A stretch of DNA of 64,000 nucleotides from Alkalispirochaeta sp. (GTDB lineage Bacteria > Spirochaetota > Spirochaetia > DSM-27196 > Alkalispirochaetaceae). The translations under genes and the position numbers were made by a program. Position 1 is the first letter of the stretch; every line of letters starts with the position of its first letter. This document shows positions 56,870-64,000 of the stretch, piece by piece. The stretch lies in assembly GCA_040904425.1 (NCBI GenBank), contig JBBDTM010000076.1, positions 21,190-85,189 of the forward strand, in the 5' to 3' direction. The notes below the pieces were generated by a model. It ran no database searches, was not told the origin of the DNA, and saw only the letters and a program-made list of their open reading frames with translations.

Positions 56870-57907
56870 TCAATAGCCGGCGGGGAACTGCCACGGGTTT
56901 GCGGTGCGCCGCGATCCGGAGGGACTCCACGCCCCCCTTCGCGCGATCGTGGCGTACGTAAACTGCTCCAGAATTGAAGCGTGCAACGGTGTCGGAACGG
57001 TGCGCAGCAAGGCGTCGATCTCTCCGATGAGCTCCTTGATCGCGGCACACTCATACGGCGCGTATCGGCGGGTCGCGGCCATGAGGTTTTTCTGCACCCG
57101 CTTGCTGCTCACTCGCCGGCCGGTGACGCGGCCGAGCTCCTGAAAGAGGTTTTTCTCCACCACCCCGGCTTCACGGAGCGCCTGCAGGTGGTACAGGCGA
57201 TCGAATTGCCACGAGAGACCGATCACGATCTGAATCGCTTCCGTGCCGGCCAGCAGTTTGCCCAGTATATCCAGGGAGTGATCCAGGTCTTCCGCCATGA
57301 ACGCGTCAAACAAGGAGAAGATACTCTCTTCCCGGGCGTGATAGATGTACCGGTCGACATCATCGACCGTGATTCGCTCACCGACGAAGGCGATGAGCCG
57401 ATCCGCCTCCTGGCGCAGTTCGACGGTATTGTTCTGTACCAGCTCCAACATCAGTTCCACCGCATCCGGTTCTATAGACACTTTGCGGCGACGAAAATAC
57501 CCCTGCAGCCAGCCCATCTTCTGGTCGTCGAACATCTCCCAGAAGATGCGTTTGTTCCGCCCGCCCACCGCCTGCTCCAACCCTTTGGCAACGGAGACGT
57601 CCGGGCTCTCCAGGATAAGCACGGCTTCCGGGTTAGGTGATGTGCTATAGGATACCAGCGGTTCGATCTCATCTTTGCGTCGCAGATGCTCCACCGAGCG
57701 GTACCGTACCAAGGCTCCCGAGCCGAAAAGAGATCCGTTCCGGAGAAGGGTAACCACCTGATCTGCGGGGGTTTCAAACGCGTAAAAGGAATGCTCCTCC
57801 AAACCGTCGCCATGGTCGTTTCTGAGGGCCGCTCGGATCTCCTCTACGGCAGCGCGCTTTTCCCCCTCTTCCGGTCCCAAAAACAGGACCATGGGGACGC
57901 TACTCAT
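56870..57907 (-). CDS. holA: DNA polymerase III delta subunit
   Basis: LFLGPEEGEK, SLFG, A..L....E.DRL, SIFSLFDA; position after lexA. Confidence 0.85.
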   Translation of the reverse strand: MSSVPMVLFLGPEEGEKRAAVEEIRAALRNDHGDGLEEHSFYAFETPADQVVTLLRNGSLFGSGALVRYRSVEHLRRKDEIEPLVSYSTSPNPEAVLILESPDVSVAKGLEQAVGGRNKRIFWEMFDDQKMGWLQGYFRRRKVSIEPDAVELMLELVQNNTVELRQEADRLIAFVGERITVDDVDRYIYHAREESIFSLFDAFMAEDLDHSLDILGKLLAGTEAIQIVIGLSWQFDRLYHLQALREAGVVEKNLFQELGRVTGRRVSSKRVQKNLMAATRRYAPYECAAIKELIGEIDALLRTVPTPLHASILEQFTYATIARRGAWSPSGSRRTANPWQFPAGY

Positions 57908-58508
57908 AACTGCGCACGATATGTGCCAGGGTGCCGAGAATACGCGCATCGCGGGTGTAGATCGGCGGATAGGAAGGATTCTCCGATTTGAGCTGCACGC
58001 GGTTGTGCTCTTTGTAGAAGCGCTTCAGGGTGACGGCCTCGTCAACCATGGCCACCACGATCTCGCCGTTCTCCGCCACCGGCTGGTGCGCAATAATCGC
58101 CGTATCCCCATCCATGATGCCCACACCGATCATACTGTCTCCGCTCACACGTACCGCGAAGTAGCGCTTGTTTCCGAGAATCGCCCGCGGCACGGGGACG
58201 AAACCGTCGTGGTTCTCCTCAGCAAGCAGGGGCATTCCCGCCGCCACCGATCCGAGCAGAGGAACCTCGGCAACGTGTGATTCTTCACTGCGAGCGGTAT
58301 CCCCGAGAATCTCGATCGCTCGGGAACGGTTGGTGTCACACCGGATGCGTTCCTTTTTCTCAAGCGCTTTTACGTGATCGTAGGCTCCCTTCACCGAAAT
58401 GGTAAAGTGCTCCGATATCTCACGGATTGTGGGAGGATACTTGTTGCCGGAGATAAATCCTCGGATGAAATCGAGAACCTCTTCTTGCCGATCTGTCAAC
58501 GGTCTCAT
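57900..58508 (-). CDS. lexA: SOS repressor LexA
   Basis: LT.RQ.E.L.FI, PPTIREI, VPLLGSVAAG (Ala-Gly cleavage site), V.GDSM (Ser), TLKRF (Lys). Confidence 0.95.
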   Translation of the reverse strand: MRPLTDRQEEVLDFIRGFISGNKYPPTIREISEHFTISVKGAYDHVKALEKKERIRCDTNRSRAIEILGDTARSEESHVAEVPLLGSVAAGMPLLAEENHDGFVPVPRAILGNKRYFAVRVSGDSMIGVGIMDGDTAIIAHQPVAENGEIVVAMVDEAVTLKRFYKEHNRVQLKSENPSYPPIYTRDARILGTLAHIVRSYE

Positions 58509-59839
58509 CGTTCCACCTCTATGCCGAACTTTCGGATCTTAGCGTGAAGGTTGCTGGGATATACCCCCAACTCCTGTGCCGTCCGCGAAATGTTGAAGCC
58601 ATGTTCGCGGAGCTTTGCCGACAGGAACTGCCGTTCGAAACGATCCCGGGCCTCCGAGAGTCCCAGATTGAGGTATTCGCCGAGGGGTGACGATGCAACG
58701 GCAGCCGGTCGCCGACCAAGAAACTGGGCGACCTCGTCACGCGTAACGGTGCGACTTTCTGCCATTATGCTAACTCGCTCCGCGAAATTCTTCAACTCTC
58801 TTACGTTACCCGGCCAGGGGTGTTCCCGCAACGCCTCGAGAGCGTCACGATCAAACATGAGTTCCGGGTCAAACGCGCGCAGAAGCAGCGGAATATCATC
58901 CGCCCGTCGCCGCAGTGGCGGCATATGAATCGGAACCACATTCAGCCGGAAGAACAGGTCTTCCCGAAAGGAACCGCCGGTAATCGCTTCGGTGACATCC
59001 CGGTTCGTGGCTGCCAGAATCCGGACATCGACGGAGATCGACGACTCACTACCGACCCGCTCGAATCGCATCTCCTGCACTGCCCGCAGCACTTTCGATT
59101 GGGCGCTGAGGGACATATCCGCCACTTCATCCAGAAAGAGGGTGCCCGTGTGGGCCAGCTCAAACTTGCCTTTTCGTCCCCCGGCGGCACCGGTAAAGGC
59201 ACCCTTCTCGTGGCCGAAGAGCTCGCTTTCGATGAGAGTGTCCGGGATCGCCGCACAGTTTACCGCCACGAAGGGACCGTTCCGCCGCCGGCTCCGTTCG
59301 TGAATCTCCCGCGCCACGAGCTCCTTACCGGTACCGTTTTCGCCGGTAATCAGGACGCGAGCGTCACTGTCGGCGGTTTGGGCGATTATTTCCCGAATCC
59401 GGGCGATCGCCTCGCTCTGCCCCACCAGTTTCGGGTACGCGGGAACCTGGGTGCGGAGTGTATCGTTCTCCCGCCGGAGCTCCTCCAAGGTCAGCGCGTT
59501 TCTCACAACCGTCACCACCCGGTCCAGACTGAGCGGCTTTTCAAGGAAGTCGTAGGCGCCATGTTTCACCGCCTTCACCGCCACGTCGATCGTCCCGTGT
59601 CCACTGATCATGACGACCGGGACCCGAGGAAAGCGATCTCGAATCTCATCAAGCGCTTCGAGCCCCCCTTTTCCGGGAAGCCAGACATCCAGCAGTACGC
59701 AGTCCACAACCTCCCGCTCGAGTACACCCAGCCCCACCAGCCCGTCTTCAGCGGTAAGAACCGAGTATCCTTCATCGGTGAGGATATCAGTGAGTACGTC
59801 TCGAATACCTTCTTCGTCGTCGACTACGAGTATCATCAT
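58505..59839 (-). CDS. Sigma54-dependent response regulator (NtrX/NtrC family)
   Basis: ILVVDDE, LLDVWLPG, ITGENGTGKE, ELFGHEKGAFTGA, WPGNVREL, Fis-type HTH. Confidence 0.93.
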   Translation of the reverse strand: MMILVVDDEEGIRDVLTDILTDEGYSVLTAEDGLVGLGVLEREVVDCVLLDVWLPGKGGLEALDEIRDRFPRVPVVMISGHGTIDVAVKAVKHGAYDFLEKPLSLDRVVTVVRNALTLEELRRENDTLRTQVPAYPKLVGQSEAIARIREIIAQTADSDARVLITGENGTGKELVAREIHERSRRRNGPFVAVNCAAIPDTLIESELFGHEKGAFTGAAGGRKGKFELAHTGTLFLDEVADMSLSAQSKVLRAVQEMRFERVGSESSISVDVRILAATNRDVTEAITGGSFREDLFFRLNVVPIHMPPLRRRADDIPLLLRAFDPELMFDRDALEALREHPWPGNVRELKNFAERVSIMAESRTVTRDEVAQFLGRRPAAVASSPLGEYLNLGLSEARDRFERQFLSAKLREHGFNISRTAQELGVYPSNLHAKIRKFGIEVER

Positions 59840-61629
59840 AGGGGCTGCTCCACCGGCAGATCAATTACAAACGTTGTCCCGCTCCCGGGCGCGCTCTCAT
59901 AGGATATGCGGCCATCGTGGTCGAAGACAATGCGTTCCACGATCGCCAGACCGAGACCGGTGCCGCGATTCTTGCTGGTCACGTACGGTTCAAACAACGA
60001 TTCCCGCAAGTCCTCGGGAATGCCGGGGCCATCGTCTTCCACGCGTACCCGACAGATTGACTCACGGCCCCGTTGAACCTCATGAGCCGAAATGAGAATT
60101 GAAACCGTCCCTCCCGCCGCTTCCACGGCGTTGGTGATCAAGTTAACGAAGACCTGCCGAAGCTGACCCCGATCCGCCGGGATCGAGACATCCTCCGGCA
60201 CGCCTCCCAAAGAAATGGAGACCGCCGGATTATCGCGGTACACATCTGAGACGTGCCGCAGGAGCTCAGCGAGATGTACGGGCGCAAACTGCGGTTCCGG
60301 CATTCGGGAAAACGAGCGGAACTCGTTTAGCAATGCGGTGAGGGCGTCCACTTCACGCGTAATGGTAGAGACGGTGCGAGTAAGGACGTCTTCAAAGTCG
60401 GCGGCGTTCGCCTGGTAGCGCCGCTGCAGCCGTTCCGCCGCCAATTTGATCGGAGTCAACGGGTTCTTAACCTCATGAGCCAGACGCTGGGCGATTTCCT
60501 GCCACGCCTGCACCTTCTCCGCTTGTGCCATTCGCCGGCGAGCGCGATCGAGTTCCGTGACCATACGATTAAAGGAAACTACCAGAACCCCCAGGTCGTC
60601 GCCGGGACGGGTGAGAATACGCACGCTGTAGTCTCCTTCCGCCACGCGCCGGGTGGCATCCTCCAACGCTTCGATCGGTCTCATGATACGGTCGGACAAA
60701 AAGAATCCCGCAAGGATAGACAACAACAGGATAGGAGCGGCAAAGACGCCATACACGGCGATCAGAACGATCAGAAGCGGCGACCGCAACCGCTGGAAGC
60801 GGTCAAAGAGCTCCTGTGCTCCGGTGAGTGATCGAGCTGTCTGTTCCAGGCGCTCCGGAACCCTGGCGGTAACTACCGCCACCGAAGCAGGTTCCTCCGC
60901 GACGGGAGCCACGAGCTGTAGCGCGGAGACACCGGCGATCGTTCCGCGGGTTACGATAGGCTCGTTCCCAATTCCTCCCAGAGACGGCATCGAACGCCGG
61001 GCAAACTCTCGATTTCCCAGTACCAGAAGCTCGCCGCCGGTGCGGTCGAAGACTTGAACAGCTTCGGTGTGGGGAATCCTCCGGAGGATCTCCGGCCAGA
61101 TCTCTCGGGCCCCTTCTCCATCCCCGCCAAACGCCTCCGGAAGGTGACGAGCCAGAGCCTCATCGATCGTTCCGTCGTCTGCAAGAACGCGCAACTCACG
61201 AATACTGTTCTCGTAGTAGTCCAGCGTCACCGCCAGTCCGTCGCTGATCGCCTGAGAAGTCTCCGATCGAAAGATCACTTCAAAACCGGACGCGAGAAAA
61301 CTCACGGAGACGATGCCCTGCGGAACCGCCGCTAAGAAAACGATCAACGCGAAGAACCCGGTGAGACGCCCCTTGAAGCCACTTCCCGGTCGCCCGTTTT
61401 GTCGATCCCGGATGAGCCGCAGGAGGCTTACTACTACCGCCACAACCAGACCCAACGCGAAGAGCGCCCCAAAAACGACCAGCACCCAGGCGAAGCCCAA
61501 GTCGAAATCGGGAGGAGTCACCAGAATCCGATTGATCAGGACCACCGTCAGCACCACTACCAGGACGTAGAGCGCTCCCAGGCTGGCCAGAGTGGTTCGG
61601 GATGCGGACGCGTTCCGCAGGGCTCTCAT
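59836..61629 (-). CDS. Sensor histidine kinase (NtrY-like)
   Basis: 3 TM plus periplasmic domain, HAMP, AWQEIAQRLAHEVKNPLTPI, N box, DDGPG, GTGLGL. Confidence 0.92.
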   Translation of the reverse strand: MRALRNASASRTTLASLGALYVLVVVLTVVLINRILVTPPDFDLGFAWVLVVFGALFALGLVVAVVVSLLRLIRDRQNGRPGSGFKGRLTGFFALIVFLAAVPQGIVSVSFLASGFEVIFRSETSQAISDGLAVTLDYYENSIRELRVLADDGTIDEALARHLPEAFGGDGEGAREIWPEILRRIPHTEAVQVFDRTGGELLVLGNREFARRSMPSLGGIGNEPIVTRGTIAGVSALQLVAPVAEEPASVAVVTARVPERLEQTARSLTGAQELFDRFQRLRSPLLIVLIAVYGVFAAPILLLSILAGFFLSDRIMRPIEALEDATRRVAEGDYSVRILTRPGDDLGVLVVSFNRMVTELDRARRRMAQAEKVQAWQEIAQRLAHEVKNPLTPIKLAAERLQRRYQANAADFEDVLTRTVSTITREVDALTALLNEFRSFSRMPEPQFAPVHLAELLRHVSDVYRDNPAVSISLGGVPEDVSIPADRGQLRQVFVNLITNAVEAAGGTVSILISAHEVQRGRESICRVRVEDDGPGIPEDLRESLFEPYVTSKNRGTGLGLAIVERIVFDHDGRISYESAPGSGTTFVIDLPVEQPL

Positions 61630-61692
61630 GTCGAAAATTCCCCGCCGGGACTAAATCGGTGAGCCGGGGTGACGGATAATGTGACGGCGGGG

Positions 61693-61959
61693 CTAATCCT
61701 CTTCAAAACGGTTTTCGAATAGGCGTGCCAGACTGTTTACGGCGTCTTCTTCATCCTCTCCATCGGCGGAAATGGTTATGGAGGTATTGTATCCGGCGCC
61801 GAGGGTAATAATGCCCATGATTGACTTGGCGTTGATCGTCTCGTGTTCTTTCTTGAACTCGATTTGTGATGAATACTGCGATGCAGTCTGCACGATAAGT
61901 GCCGCCGGACGCGCGTGAATACCCGCACGATTCCGGACGGTCACCTCCTTTTCAGTCAT
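61693..61959 (-). CDS. ptsH: Phosphocarrier protein HPr
   Basis: GIHARPAA (His15), NAKSIMG (Ser46). Confidence 0.96.
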   Translation of the reverse strand: MTEKEVTVRNRAGIHARPAALIVQTASQYSSQIEFKKEHETINAKSIMGIITLGAGYNTSITISADGEDEEDAVNSLARLFENRFEED

Positions 61960-61968
61960 GGACGTTCC

Positions 61969-62955
61969 TCACGTTATGCCCTTCTTCTGCAAATACGCTT
62001 TTCGGGCGTTTTCGCTGTCCAGCCAGCGCATAATGTTCTGGTTGAACTCGCGGGCACTATAATACCCCATTTTTTTCAATCGTTCATTCATCGCTGCAGT
62101 TTCGATGATAATCGGGATATTGCGTCCAGGCTTTACGGGAATCTCCAGATAGGGGGTACCAACTCCGAGGATGTCGAGCTTGCGTTCATCCGCACCAATT
62201 CGGTCATAGGCCTTCTGAGAGTCCCACACCTCCAGCTGGCAGATCAGTTGGATCTGTTTGTCGTCTCGGATGGAGCCCACTCCAAAGAGATGAGTGATGT
62301 TAATAATTCCCAACCCCCGAATCTCCATGTGATGCCCCAGCGCCGGGTTTGCCCCCTGCCCTAGGAGGATGTTACCCGCCACGCGCCGAACCTCTACCGC
62401 GTCGTCCGCCACGAGGCGGTGTCCCCGCTCAATAAGCTCAAGCGCCGTCTCACTCTTGCCGACTCCGCTATCGCCAAGGATTAAGACGCCAATGCCGAAG
62501 ACCTCCACCAAGGTGGCATGAATCGTCTCCCGGGCGGCAAACACGTTTCCCAGAGCGCGGATGAGACGCATAACAAACTCGCTGGTGGCCAGCGGTGTCT
62601 GCAACACCGGACACCCGGAGGCCTCCGCAATGCGAATGAACTCCTCCGGTGGCTCCAGCCCATGGGTAAACACGCAGGCGGGAATCTCCCGATCGAACAG
62701 TTGTTTCACGTTGACCAGGTTCTGTTCCGCTGCGAGCTTCTCGACGAAGGCGTGCTCACCGCGCCCGAAAATCTGCACGCGATCCGAACCGAAGTTATCG
62801 AAGAATCCGTTTAACGCGAGGCCCGGCCGGTTGAGGTCCGGTGTGACGATCGGCCGCAACAATCCCGGACGACCGGCTAAGCACGTCAGGTCCAGATCAT
62901 TATGCTCCTTCAGGTCCAGATCGAGCAGGTCGAGAACGGTAAACTGCTGGTCCAT
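61969..62955 (-). CDS. hprK: HPr kinase/phosphorylase
   Basis: NRPGLAL, GDSGVGKSETALEL, LVADD, MEIRGLGII, PVKPGRN. Confidence 0.96.
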   Translation of the reverse strand: MDQQFTVLDLLDLDLKEHNDLDLTCLAGRPGLLRPIVTPDLNRPGLALNGFFDNFGSDRVQIFGRGEHAFVEKLAAEQNLVNVKQLFDREIPACVFTHGLEPPEEFIRIAEASGCPVLQTPLATSEFVMRLIRALGNVFAARETIHATLVEVFGIGVLILGDSGVGKSETALELIERGHRLVADDAVEVRRVAGNILLGQGANPALGHHMEIRGLGIINITHLFGVGSIRDDKQIQLICQLEVWDSQKAYDRIGADERKLDILGVGTPYLEIPVKPGRNIPIIIETAAMNERLKKMGYYSAREFNQNIMRWLDSENARKAYLQKKGIT

Positions 62956-62957
62956 TG

Positions 62958-63257
62958 TTAACTCTTGTGATCCTGAATTTTATCTACTTCTTTGCGGACT
63001 TTCTGGTCCACCTTGTCGATGAGCTCGTTAATCGCCTTGTGAAGCTCGTACCCACCGTTTTTTACGATGTCGCGTTGGCCCCACCGAAAATGTATCTTCG
63101 CCTCCAGGAGGTAGCTGTGGTCCTTCTCCTTGGTAAGGGTGAAGTCCAAATCATGGATCTTGTCGGCAGCAAACTCAAGCTTCTGTGTTCGCGTTTCAAT
63201 CAGTTCTTTGGTCAGGTCATCAGCATCGAAGTGTACCGATTTGATCGTCATGTTCAT
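62958..63257 (-). CDS. hpf: Ribosome hibernation promoting factor (short HPF/RaiA family)
   Basis: 99 aa after rpoN; I..VHF, KL, L..AI..L.DK...KVRK..DK pattern. Confidence 0.8.
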   Translation of the reverse strand: MNMTIKSVHFDADDLTKELIETRTQKLEFAADKIHDLDFTLTKEKDHSYLLEAKIHFRWGQRDIVKNGGYELHKAINELIDKVDQKVRKEVDKIQDHKS

Positions 63258-63283
63258 TCTCGTTCCTCCCGTCTGGCTCCGAA

Positions 63284-64000
63284 TCATCGCTCGTAGGACG
63301 AGTCGATTTTGAGTTCTTTGCGATACTTTGCAACGGTCCGTCGGGCTATCTTTATTCCCCGCTGCGCAAGCAGATCGGAGATTTTCTGATCTGAAAGGTG
63401 CGTGCCGGACTCACCCTCGGACTCCAGAATCTCCCGCACGATCTCTTTCACCCCCTCCTTGCTGTATTTGGAACCACCGGCAGCGGTTCCAGCCACGCTA
63501 TTCGAGAAGAAGTGTTTCAACTCGAAAATACCCCACTCCGTCTGCAGATACTTACCGGCCGTCACCCGCGACACGGTAGCTTCGCTGACATCAACTTCGT
63601 TCGCGATGTCCTTTAACGTCAATGGTACGAGGTGCTTCTTGCCCTTTAGAAAGAAGTCGCGCTGAAAATCGAGGATCGCCCGGGCAACTTTGAGAAGCGT
63701 CTGGTTCCGTTGCTCGATGCTGTGCATGAACCAACGCGCGTCTCGGACACTCTGGCCGGCAAACTTCCGGGCCGACTTGTCTCCGTTGTCGGCGACGCGG
63801 GCGAACGTTCGATTCACCCCCAACACGGGAATCTCCTCGTCATTGAGCACCAAAACAAACTGGCCATCCCGTTTGCGCAGTACCAGATCCGGAATCACGT
63901 ATCGGGACTGGTCGCTGGAGTACAACCGTCCGGGAAAGGGATTCAGGCCACGAATCACCTCTAACGCCTCAACCACATCCTGTTCATTGATGGAAAGCGC
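63284..64000 (-). CDS. rpoN: RNA polymerase sigma-54 factor (partial, C-terminal part)
   Basis: L.PLTLKDIA, E.TVSR...KY, FELKHFF, LSDQKI, RpoN box ARRTVAKYR; frame open to base 64000. Confidence 0.97.
   Translation of the reverse strand, partial: ALSINEQDVVEALEVIRGLNPFPGRLYSSDQSRYVIPDLVLRKRDGQFVLVLNDEEIPVLGVNRTFARVADNGDKSARKFAGQSVRDARWFMHSIEQRNQTLLKVARAILDFQRDFFLKGKKHLVPLTLKDIANEVDVSEATVSRVTAGKYLQTEWGIFELKHFFSNSVAGTAAGGSKYSKEGVKEIVREILESEGESGTHLSDQKISDLLAQRGIKIARRTVAKYRKELKIDSSYER

Noticed and set aside
1-64000. Mobile elements, prophage, rRNA or tRNA genes
   Set aside because: No transposase, integrase or phage motifs in any ORF and no tRNA/rRNA structure in the short intergenic regions; the other ORF-track entries are overlapping GC-rich shadow frames.

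Overview
A gene-dense, GC-rich bacterial chromosome segment, most likely from a free-living Spirochaetaceae member. This rests on archaeal-type PheS/PheT, a spirochaete/mitochondrial-type EF-G1, spirochaete-style lipoproteins and the rpoN-hpf-hprK-ptsH...lexA-holA gene order. Acidic proteins and a glycine-betaine ABC system suggest a saline habitat. About 55 CDS were found, mostly housekeeping: argA (partial), trxA, leuS, an aroF-PDT fusion, carD, nth, fusA, liv/pro ABC systems, thrH, parA, pheST, uvrC, holA, lexA, an NtrY/NtrX-like pair and rpoN (partial). No transposase, integrase, prophage, CRISPR array, rRNA or tRNA was seen. The most interesting signals are: (1) an unannotated ~113-nt small-RNA candidate (5446-5558) with its own promoter, a G/U-rich strand and a terminator whose loop copies the 16S anti-Shine-Dalgarno; (2) a recurring leaderless-mRNA architecture before about 11 genes; (3) a cNMP-binding domain fused to a nucleoside-phosphorylase-like domain, coupled to parA; (4) a class III cyclase whose adenine-specifying Lys is replaced by Ser; (5) a remote NDK-like protein behind pheT, and a 73-codon low-complexity insertion in PheT. 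All family assignments come from motif recognition by eye; no database searches were run.
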